A DNA stretch of 62,612 bases, the filler included. It is 10 parts of 10 records of this genome, joined end to end, with 100 filler letters (N's around TTAATTAATTAA, not from the genome) between each part and the next. Parts side by side here need not be neighbours in the genome. Positions count along the whole stretch, not along the records: positions 1 to 20,515 come from SRR20825015_69; positions 20,616 to 39,725 come from SRR20825015_81; 8 more parts are not named here. One strand, given 5' to 3'. The translations under genes and the position numbers were made by a program. Below the pieces are notes generated by a model that was given only the letters and a program-made list of their open reading frames with translations, was not told the DNA's origin and did no database searches. Numbering within the stretch: position 1 is the first letter of the stretch; the number at the start of each line of letters is the position of its first letter. Of this stretch, positions 20,125 to 30,964 are shown one piece after another.

Positions 20125-20258
20125 GCCCTCATCCTGAGGTGCGAAGCGTAGCGCAGCCTCGAAGGACGAGGGCGACCTGCCGAGGCGCTTCCAAAGGCAC
20201 CCTGCCCAACCCTCGTGGTTCGAGGCTTTGCTTCGCAAAGCACCTCACCATGAGGGTT
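20125..20258. repeat. Inverted doublet of REP-like palindromes (REPIN-like)
   Basis: Unit B1 20125-20173 is GCCCTCATCCTGAGGTGCG...CGCAGCCTCGAAGGACGAGGGC. Unit B2 20208-20258, reverse-complemented, is AACCCTCATGGTGAGGTGCTTTGCGAAGCAAAGCCTCGAACCACGAGGGTT. Confidence 0.8.
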
Positions 20259-20277
20259 CTATGACGCATCCAGACAC

Positions 20278-20305
20278 AAAAAAGGGCGCCACTGGGGCGC
20301 CCTTT
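20278..20305 (-). terminator. Rho-independent terminator of nrdF
   Basis: Minus strand AAAGGGCGCCCCAGTGGCGCCCTTTTTT: GC stem plus U-tract, 20 bp after the nrdF stop. Confidence 0.8.
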
Positions 20306-20325
20306 GTCATTCCATCCGGCCAGGA

Positions 20326-20515
<190 letters not shown>

Positions 20516-20615
20516 NNNNNNNNNNNNNNNNNNNNNNNNNNNNNNNNNNNNNNNNNNNNTTAATTAATTAANNNNNNNNNNNNNNNNNNNNNNNNNNNNN
20601 NNNNNNNNNNNNNNN
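20516..20615. other. Artificial contig linker; identical linkers at 39726-39825, 42030-42129, 45054-45153, 48700-48799, 50809-50908, 55810-55909, 58228-58327 and 60510-60609
   Basis: 44 N + TTAATTAATTAA (stops in all six frames) + 44 N; composition and taxonomy change abruptly across the linkers. Confidence 0.99.
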
Positions 20616-20719
20616 CTTCCCCTGGCCTTGATCTTCATGGTGACCCAGCCGCGAAAAATTTGAACGGCCAATTTGTACGGAATTCCAGCAAATAATTGCT
20701 GGAATTAGCGACACTCTGG

Positions 20720-21856
20720 ATGGAGCCCCCGTCAAAGCGGAGAAAGGCTCAGCGTGGTGAGTTCAATGTAGATTTTCCTCGTTGCAGAAGCTGGAGGTTG
20801 GGGCCAGAGAGGATCAAGTATAATGCATCGTTGAGAATGGATAGTGACTCGAGTTTGATCTCCTCGTTTACAGGGAGGGTGCCAGACCCGGCGCAACAAC
20901 CCGATGCCAACGAGAACAACGAGAACAGTGAGAGCAATGGGGATGGTGCTGTAGCGGAAAATACGAAACCTTCAACATCCCAGCCAGCAAGAGTGACTTT
21001 AGTCGATCTTGTCCGTGACACAAAGTCAGGCATTCCCACAAAGTCCGCCAATACCAATGATGAGGATGTCTCAAGAGCAGAGGCGGGTTCAGATCAGGGA
21101 CCTTCACCATCTACACGCACGTCTGTAGCACCATCTTTTGCCCCTCAAGTCAAAATTGTGGACGGGAAAATTGTCGTCAACCCCTCTAGCCTGACGGTTC
21201 ATGCCCCATCTCAAGCGGATCTCACAGCAACTTTTCACACTGTCAAAGATGGCCAAAACCAAATGGTTACGTCTAGTACGTACGCCAAACGAACACCGGC
21301 GGATCGGTGGACCCCAGAAGAGACAGATAAATTTTATCAGGTATTTGTGTTTTGTCCCCTTCAACTTTCACAGGCAGATAGTGTCTTGTTTTTGCGAAGT
21401 TTGCCTGGCGCAGGAAGGCGTTTTTGTTTTGGCTTGGAACGTGTTTCTTTGATGATAGTACTTTCATCACACGTTTACATCCATCACCGCCCACCCCCAA
21501 CCCAGCCATCTATGCTAGTATTGAAACAATATTGACCAATGCGGGGAGAGCTAATGCCACCACCCTAGGCTCTTCGACAATGGGGAACTGATTTTACAGC
21601 GATTGAGAAATTGTTTCCAAATCGCCAAAGAAGACAGATCAAGAACAAGTTCAAAAAGGAGGAGAAACTAAACAGACAAAAGATCGATGATGCGCTCAAT
21701 CAGCGCGTCCCCATAGGCAAGCTTCGCTGACCACTGCGAGTTGTGTGAGCTCACTGTCCCATGTCTGTAGATATTCAAGATTATAGAGTTAAAACCGGTC
21801 TCCGGGGAGAAGACGAAGGTGGCGGAGAAGCTGAGACTGACGACGGCAAGGCGTGA
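20720..21856 (+). CDS. BDP1: TFIIIB B'' component Bdp1-like SANT/Myb protein (spliced)
   Basis: APQVKIVDGKIVVNPSSL and RWTPEETDKFYQ, intron 21341-21568, then ALRQWGTDFTAIEKLFPNRQRRQIKNKFKKEE. Confidence 0.85.
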
Positions 21857-21998
21857 TGAATGTCGTGCTTGACGCTATGTCGCAGGTGTTGTTCGAAACG
21901 GGCATTCACAGAGACGTTGTAACATTACATCAAGAATTTCTATGGCATTTTATCCAACAATTGTAAAATGAATTCCTCAGCTACATTCCATGCTAGTG

Positions 21999-23794
21999 CT
22001 ATTTGCGTTTGTACGGAGGGTACATTCGCGATATGCGATCATTATCCCAGCCAGTCCACTCAAAAGCTTTGCGGTTGCATTCACCAAACCTTCCGACCGT
22101 GATGCGCTGGATAAAATGCCAATACGAGGGTCTGAGGTTGTGTGGCTCATGCAGTGCAGTGTGCATCAGGGTTCCAACTCCCCATGAGAACAGTAGAACA
22201 TCTCCATGGGGAAGTGATAGAGGGTAGCCCTTCTGAATCAGCGAGCGGTGCACGACCTCGATAGCCTTCAAACATTCCAGTTCAGCGACAGGATAGACTC
22301 GTTCATCCGATACTCACCTTGAAAAGACAGTACATGGCCAATTCGGACGATCTACTGAAAACAACTGCAGATCCACCCACAGCTCCGGCCACCAGTGAAT
22401 TGAGACCGTCCTAAAGACGTGTCGTCAGGTCGTGGAAACTGCAGACGTTGCAACTCACATCTTTTTGACGTTTGTACTTGAGCGTAGACTCGACTCCTCT
22501 CACTCCACCAGTGAAGCCAGCCAGGAACAGACCAAAGAACAGTGTGTTCTTTCCAGCAACATCACCTAGGAGTTTAGTGGGTTGCCTCCACAATCCCTTC
22601 ATCAACCCCTTGAGTAAGGCCACGCTTGCCTTCAGAGGCTGGAGTCAAATAGATGTTCTCGACTTTTCGCCAGTGCACGGGTTGACTTACCCGAATTCCA
22701 CATCCAATACGGAAAGCTCGGATGGAACCCTGAAACGCACCTCTCATTTCCTCGGAGTACGCTTCTTTCGAAAGTGATGTGTCCCTCAGTTCGCGCTCCA
22801 CATGCCTTTCTGCCTTCAATGCTTCCTCTGGGGCGCTGAGTTGCTGTTCACCTTTAGGAGGCCTTTCATTCAACAGAAAACCAAAAAGCGCCTGCAGAGA
22901 GTACGTTTGAGCACTGAGATGAATCTCGTCTGCTCCTGAATCAACAAATGATCAGATTTGCGGTACCTTGATGACCCGGGCAACGGAATTTGGTTCACGG
23001 CGATAATAGTAATAGAGAATTGCCATAGCGGAGGAGAAAATTCCTACGTCTCCATACGGGAGAAATCGTACATATCCTCGACTGTTGGGGGTGGTTTAGA
23101 TCAACTGAAATCTTGACCAGAGACTTTACCTTTCCAGCATTCGAAATATGGCTTCTGTAGCGTGGTTAGCTGCATAAAGCTGACGGATTGATTAGGGGAT
23201 CCGGCACGGGCAATGAAATCATTGGGATTTGGACTTACCCCAAGTTCAGCACGTCGGCCTTTCCGCTCGATAAACAACGCTCCCCCGGCAAGAAATCCGG
23301 CGATCCATGCATACTTCAATCTTGGCGGTCCTGGAAGGCTGTTGCAGTGATCTGCATTAGAATTGCAAAATTTCCGCTTCTAACTTACCGAGTTTGCATG
23401 CAGTAAAAGTATGTCAGCCCCCCACAGTAAAAGGCTAAGAAAGTCGCTGCACGAACAATGTCCTGTGGTAGTCGAGTTATCAAGTATCTAGGTACTGCGT
23501 TAGAACAAAGGAGGGCGATTGGTATGGTGTCTTACTTTGGGTTCTTCCGAGCAATGAGGGCAGGAATAATGAAAATAGGGCTGTATATGCCAAGCCCTTG
23601 TCTGAATGCATTGATCCTACAACCAACAGTCAGGTGTTTGATCGAAATTGCACAATCCGAGGCCATTGAAAGCGATGATCCAAGCCAGTGAACATGGACC
23701 AATCTGAGCAAGGAATTCTTGATGCTCACCAAACAGAGGTCCAGAATCCACGGCAAGTGTCAACATTGGGATGTACCAGGTCTTTGCATGTCAT
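21999..23794 (-). CDS. TMEM135: TMEM135-like peroxisomal/mitochondrial membrane protein (multi-exon)
   Basis: Exons encode MTCKDLVHP, IYSPIFIIPAL, LFIERKGRRAEL, GLFLAGF and LRPSYWHFIQRITVGRFGECNRK, matching both TMEM135 halves. Confidence 0.8.
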
Positions 23795-24139
23795 TTGGTT
23801 CCAAGCAGCCTTAATTCGAGCGGCCTCCTCCGGCGTGGGTGGAGGTTTGGCAAACTTAGAATGAGTCATTGTGTGTTCTTTCAAGGAGCGTAAGCTCACC
23901 CAGTGAGATCGAGGCGGTTGGAAGACAAAGATGGACCGCCTACCTAACAGATTAATCGGGACTCTCCTGTTAATGAAAGGGAGAGAACACCTCGGTGCGG
24001 CACACGTCGACGGACAGCGGTCAGTACGGACTCACCGCCAACTTGAACGATCCTTGCCCACAGACCCGAAGGAAAACCCGAGGAAAGGCCGAGTTGTGGA
24101 CCATTGTTGGACGAAATTGTGCCAGAGTTGTGAGTTGGT

Positions 24140-25151
24140 CATGGCTGTCAAGTGGTGGCATGCAGCGTGGGAAATTCCTGGCGCAATCTTAGCCTTCATA
24201 TTCATTCGACGGCTCGTCTCTAGATCAAGCCGCGAATCAGATACCAAAGATATGGTGAAAAAAAAGCCTTCTTGCTGTCAGCGATGTAGGGATGTCGTCC
24301 GGGTGGATGCTGATAATAGCATGGGGGAGCTTCCGGCGAATCACATCCACCTCCTTTCGTGGAACCTTCTTCGTGCGAACTATAGGTTCAATTCTCACCA
24401 AGGGTGGATACAACCTGAGCATAAGGCTTGGTCTTATCGACGGGGTCTTCATTCAGCGTTTTTCTCCAGAGATAAATTCTCGTTCATCCTGGCCCAGGAA
24501 ATCGAAGATCCCGACGAAATGGACGTCATTCTGAATGGTGGACTCGACGGTGAGCCACTGTATAAGTATATTAGTGGAGGGAGCAAATCCCAGCACTCAT
24601 TTACTAGACCGAGGGTTTACTATGACCACACATCGTGGGAGTTGGTGTGGTCCGAAGCTAGATCACGTATCGTACTTGGAGAGTTCAAACGGATCGGTAC
24701 CGACAGCTCCCCGAACGTTTTTGTGGTGAGTGTGCACCTAACGGGAGGACCTTCGGAAGCTTCAAGGACAGACAGACAAAAGCAACTCTTGAGCGCCCAT
24801 AAATACCTGAAAAAACGGGTTCAAGAAGACAGTTACGTAATCATCGGTGGAGATTTCAACTGCGACGAATGGCGAGTGAAAGACATCATGGACGAGACAT
24901 GGAACGTCAAGAATTTCCTGTGTGAGCACCTTTCATACCAAACGATGCTTTGGGGACCGCCTGCGACGAGGAGGAGTCAAATTCTTGATCGTGTTCTCGG
25001 CTCCAACAACATCGAACTCGTACAGTGCCGCACCCCATTCACTGAGAGCCAACAGAACGCAATCGACAATGAATGCGGAATCCCTAATGCCTTTCATCCA
25101 AGCGATCATGTACCTGTTTGTATCACTCTCAATCTGACTCGTAAATCGTAA
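24140..25151 (+). CDS. Endonuclease/exonuclease/phosphatase (EEP) family hydrolase, CCR4/nocturnin-like
   Basis: LLSWNLL, ILAQEIE, VVSVHL, IIGGDFN, ILDRV and HPSDHVPV motifs. Start is uncertain; the open frame runs 23931-25151. Confidence 0.8.
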
Positions 25152-25205
25152 TAAGTAAATCTCCCTCCTCGCCATCATCTTCAGAGAACGGACAGTTTAT
25201 TCTAA

Positions 25206-28200
25206 CTAGGACAAGTCGAAGCTCTCATCTGAGTCTTCCTCACTGAATTCTTCTTCAGAATCGTCACTGATGACAACATTGTCAACATACTTGACGGGGG
25301 CAGCCGTTCGTCGTGAGGGTCTGGCACGAGAAGGTTGGGCATCGATTTCCGGGGAGGAGTCACTTTCTTCGGAGTCGGATTGTTTGATATTTTTCGTGCG
25401 ACGTTTCTTCTTGTCCGGAGATACATCTGAAGGTGGCAGTGGCACAACTGGAAAATATTCAAGTTAGGACGGAAGCTGTTAGATTTTGATAACAGATAAG
25501 AACCAAATGTTTCGTGACATACCCTTTGTGGGCTTAGATGTGGAATTCGTTTTCTTCGGCGCAGCCTTTGGCTTTGGAGCTGCCTTGGCTCGAGGTTTCG
25601 GTTTTGGTTTCGGGGCTGGGGCCGTCACAACTGGGATTGATTTGACCGCTTTTTTTGCTGTGGCTTTTGGGGCTAAGAGAAAAGAGTTGGTGGAACACTC
25701 TATGTTTGAAGTACCATACCTTTGCTGAGTGTGGCTTCAAAATCAGATCCAGAATCCTCGGACTCGGAAAATGATATCTCGCTGTCGCTGTCAAAGTCGC
25801 TCGACAAAGGTTCCTGAGTTTTAACCTTCTTTGGGCGTCCAGATTGGCGTACTGTCACTCTCTTTGACGGAGGTCGAGATTCTTCAGAACAACTATCGTC
25901 TGTGTCGCTCACAATCACAGGTCTTTTCATGGCTGCCTGCTTCTTCGCCACCAAGGGCTCTTTGTCAGCATCTTCGACGTGCCGCTGAATCGGCGCTTTT
26001 GTCGACTTTGAAGTCTTTGAAACGGCTGGTCTTGATGCGTTTTTCTTTATCCTTTCGGCAAGCGGGAGAGCTTCGTCTTCTGAATTAGAAATATCCAAGT
26101 CAGAATGCTCTGCACGGTCTTCGGGAGTTAAAGACGCTGCTTTTTCTGCCTTCGTGGTTTCAGCAGCGGGTTTCTTCACTGTCTGCAATTTTGTCTGCAC
26201 CAACTTCTTGCTAGGGGCTTTCTTTGTCACCTTTCCAGTTTTTCTTGCCTTTGGCACTCCAGTTCGGGACTTTGCTTCATCCGATTCCATTTCCTATTGT
26301 GTGCTGTTAATTCAAGTGACGTAGGAAACCACTCCCCTCTGGATATGTATACATATATCGAGAGACAGATAGAGTAGGACTGTGGGATAATGACTCGTCT
26401 TCCGTACCTCAAGCGCTTCGAGAAATTCGTCCAAATCATTTTCCCACAGTTCACGGACTGGGGTTGCCTTTAAAGTATCCAATACTTCTTGCTTTTGATC
26501 TCTTTCCTGAACAAGTTTCTCAACTTTTTCTTTCGTAAGATTCCACAATGGCATTCCCAGAAGATAATCGAAGCGCTTCCCATCAACAGCAGCATCTTCC
26601 TCCATCGAATTATCTTCTTCATCTTCAGGTTCCTGTTGCTGTTCTTCTCCCTTAGCCTTCACGACTGCTTCAAACCCCTTCTTCACGAGTTCTTGAACTA
26701 ATTCAGCCTTTCTCCTGTTGCTGACTTTGATGTCGCCATTAACGACTGCCAGAATGAATCGAACTTTGTTGTCCAAAATGTTCAGCTCTTTTTCCATTTT
26801 GTCGACCATCCAGTCCTGCAATCACTGTTAAATAAACTGTAACCAACAAACACCCTTCCTTTTCTTACCTTTCTCAAATTGTAATACTTCAACCTTAAAG
26901 TGTAAAAGCTTTGCAAAATGTCTTCCGCTGATTCAAACCGGTGAATTTGACCAGTGCTTTTGAACAGATTCATATTTGAGTTGGAAACCGAGGAATGGAC
27001 CTTGAATTTCTTTTCTAGACCCTCCTGAAGGACAAGATTCATGTTGGCTTCATCCAATGTGACCTCAAAATCAACACTCTCTTCAGTGTGATATTCCTTG
27101 AACTCTTTGATGTGGAAGCCACTCTTGTTGACTTCGGCAGGAATGAGAGATTCCAAGAACTCTTTGTAGTCCTGAGTCCACTTGCGCACAGGGAGCTCTG
27201 TAATCTTGACACTCGTAGGCCCAGTTTGCTCAATCTTTCCCCTCACAGTGTAATTTTTTGCTTTCTCGTTCCACTCGATTTCTCCCTGTCGTTCAATTAG
27301 CTCGGATGTTGACGATGAACTGGCGTTTACATACCGAGAAGCCTTTGTACCATGGGCTCATGGGCACAATGTCATCACCGCGCAGTAATCTCTTGAGGTT
27401 GTCAACAATGTCTCGAGGGTTGTGATTTGGGACAGAGGAACTCCAGCCGGTTCCAATTCCATCAGATCCATTCACGAGGACCATAGGTAAGATTGGCATG
27501 TACCAAATAGGCTCGATACTTTGACCTTCCTCTGATTGATATTCAAGAACAGGGTCATCCTCTTCTCGGAATAGATATCTTGTGATCTTGTTGAGTTGGG
27601 TAAAAATGTAACGAGGGCTGGCAGCGTCTTTTCCTCCCTAGTAGCCCAGAGACATAAGTGGCCAAATCCAAGGGGGGGAGGAATAGTGCTTACCTGCAAT
27701 CGCGTACCAAACTGGCCATTGGGAAGAAGCAGGTTGATGTTGTTGCTTCCAACGAATGACTGAGCCATCCCAACGATCGTCGTAGCAAGACTCTGCTCTC
27801 CGTGATGGTAGCAAGACTGCTCTGAAACATATCCAGAGAGCTGAGCAACTTTGATTTCGCTCCTCAATTTTCGCTTGAAGCAGGAAAACAAAATCTTGCG
27901 CTGGCCTGGCTTCAGACCATCGACCATCGATGGGATGGAGCGAATGTTGTCGGACATTGAGAACAAAATCAACTCCTTATTGACAAACTGGGAGTAAGTC
28001 AAGGCATCCTCAGAGTGATCGAAATAAGTTCCGTGCTGATACGAGGAATATAGAAGCGTCGTCAGAAGGTGCGCATGAGTGAAGATCACAATACCTCAAA
28101 TTGGCTTAGCCACTGCTTTCGATCTTCGACTCGCTTCTTGCTGAAGGCGAGGTCAATCGCATCGTCATCCTTGTCGTCTTCATACTCAAAATCGAGTTGA

Positions 28201-30623
28201 TGACGGCCAATGTTGCTGAAGTACTCCTTGGCCTCTTTGGTATCACTTGTTCCCAAACCCTTCAAAACTGTTAGACCACCAGAGCATGCACAAAGCACAC
28301 AATCGACACTGTTTGTGGGTTTGACGTTCGATATTGGCGTCCGTAGCGTCTGGATTGTGGCGGGGCGAAAGAGTGAAGTAACCGATGGCATATCTTTGAA
28401 TGTACCTTGTAGTATTTGATCTTCCATCCTTTCAGGCTGTTTCCAAGAGATTCTTTCCATTGTTCATATTCAGGCATTGTATAGAATGCATGCTCTTGCT
28501 TGCCCTTCGAGGCTTTCACAATGGGAGTGATAAACTCGGTCAAAAATCCAGGCAATTGCACCAAATTCGGCCAGAAATGATGAAACATATTGATGACTAA
28601 TCCTTTGATATGGGATCCATCTTGATCCTTTCATCGGAATTCAGTCATCTGTAAGGTGGCTGAGCTTGAAGAGGGCCTACCTGATCAGTCATGATCATGA
28701 CGTGTCCGTATCTCAGCTCCTTAGCGCTAGTGTATTTCTTTCCATGCTGCAAGCCCAAAATCTTCTTGATGTTGTTAACTTCAGCGTTGTCACCGACTTG
28801 CTTCATTGACGCTTCACGAACATTGAGGAGTTTTCCACGAAGGGGAAACACCCCGTATTTGTCTCTTCCAACAACGCTGAGACCAGCAACAGCCAAGGAT
28901 TTTGCGGAGTCTCCCTAGACAATCGAAAAGGATTTAGCTTTTCTTTTTCCAAAGCAATCGTTTAAGTTGTCCCATGAAGCATACCTCGGTCAAGATCAAA
29001 GTGCAGTCTTCACCTTTTCTTGTTCCCGCGTCGTTTGCATCATCCAACTTCGGAATCCCAAGGACCTTGGAACTCTTCTTACCGTCCGTTTTCTTCAACT
29101 GTTGGCTTTCTTTCACTCGGTGATGGGCCAAGATACTGTCTACAATCCCTGACTTCGACACTATACAGGTGTTAGTGGCGGTTTCCTCTCACAATCGTGT
29201 TTATCTGTACCTTTCTTGAGGAAGTCTGTTGTGAGTTCACACTTGGAGCCAAACGCAGACACTTTGAGGGTCATGTTTTCTTTGGTTTGAGAATCGAACG
29301 CTGGGTTCTCAATCAAACACTTCACGAAGAGCCACATCTGGCTTTTGATCTAATCGTCAGATAAAATCAGCACAATCGATATCGAAATTGGGGCCAGTCT
29401 ACCAACCTCATGAGCCTTTACATCTGACTTTGATTTCTTTTTGGCAATCTCTTGCAGATGTTTGACCACTTGATCTCCGACGTGATCGACATGCTTTCCA
29501 CCTTTCATAGTCCATATCGAATTGACAAAACTGGTGTTTTGGAATCCAATGTCGCTGGTTGAAACACACACTTCCCATCGGCCTTGCTTCTCGAAGATTA
29601 TGGGACGATCTTCTCCCGTGCTTTTCAAGAACATCTCGCAGTATTGTTGGAAAGATTTGATCGGAATTCTTTCGCCGTTTAGAGAAACTTTCAACGCTGA
29701 GTTGCAGCCTGCGACGTCAACGACGCGCTTGGCCAGAAGGCAGATAATATCGTCGTCCAATTTGTCCATTCCAAACTTCTCCAAATCAGGTTTGAAAGTG
29801 ACCTTTGTGTAATCTGAAGGAGATGAAAGAGGGCCGATCTTGGGTTCTTTGCACTCCGACATGTTGTTTCTCCATGTCTGTTTGTACTTCTTCTTTCTTC
29901 CTGAATCCGCCGTTTCCACGATGAACTCAGTCGAAAATATGTTGGCGAGCTTGGCGCCATATCCATTGCGACCTCCAGTCACTTTTTTTTGCTGGTCGTT
30001 GTAGTTGCTGGAAGTTAGCAAGTGACCGAAGATAAGCTCTGGGACATAGCATTGCTCCTCTTGATGAATCTCGATTGGAATGCCTTTGCCATTGTTCAGC
30101 ACTGAAATGGAGTTTTCTTCCACATCGATGGTCACCTTCAGCGTATTCATGCTCGAATCCCTCTGCAAATTATCTGCAGCGTTCACAAGAATTTCATCAA
30201 ATATCTTGTAGAGACCAGGCACATATGAGACTGTGCGGTTTACCATCTGAGAGGAAGCTAGGGTGGAGAAACATGTCAGTCGCGCTCCGAATCAGCCCAA
30301 CGCTCACTTACCCATATCATACACCCACAATTGCTGAGACACTCTCTCAATTGATCCAATGTAAGTATCTGGTCGGAGGAGAATATGCTCGAGTTGAGAT
30401 TTCTTCTGGTAGATCTCTTCGATCGCTTGGCCTCCTTGCTTCACATTTGCATTGACTTCGGCAAGTGGTTGTTTGGATTTGGAAGCACTGACTTTCGTCT
30501 TGAGTGGTTTCGAAGGGTTCTGTGATACACAATAGTACGTTTCAAGACAGAGGAATGAGCGTTCACGACCAAACGGGCGAATGAGGCAGATGCACAAACC
30601 TCCTTGGCGAGTAGGGTGTCCAT
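25206..30623 (-). CDS. TOP2: Eukaryotic DNA topoisomerase II (multi-exon)
   Basis: IYQKKSQLEHILLRPDTYIGS, KIFDEILVNAADN, GGRNGYGAKL, PLRGKLLNV, IMTDQ, DGLKPGQRK, YHHGE and GIGTGWS, with a charged C-terminal tail and short GT-AG introns. Confidence 0.96.
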
Positions 30624-30964
30624 TGCGTTGATAAACACAAGTGATGGAGGCAGGAAGGTGATGGGTGGTCAAATTCAAATGTATTGACGTAATTATAAAT
30701 TTGCCGAATTTCTTTGCATTGAAGAGCCTCATGGGCTCTACAACTTTTCCCTATTATTTCTTCCGATTTCTTGTTCTTCTTCTTCCACCCCCTTTTCTTC
30801 AACATCTTCTTGGCTTGACTGTTTTTCTGATTCGGCATGGTGAAGATATCACTATCGATTCTGAAAGCAGTCCGAAGTGGGAGAAATGTGGACTGCCTCT
30901 TTGCTGTTGCTACTTACGAATCATTAATTCCTTGAAAACCTATGTTCTAGAACTCGCTCTATCG

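Noticed and set aside
19668-20258. CRISPR array or IS element interpretation of the palindromic repeats
   Set aside because: There is no regular repeat-spacer periodicity, no cas genes, no DDE or HUH transposase and no evident target-site duplication.
20560-20571. Recurrent TTAATTAATTAA motif
   Set aside because: It is a synthetic six-frame-stop linker inside N runs, not biological.
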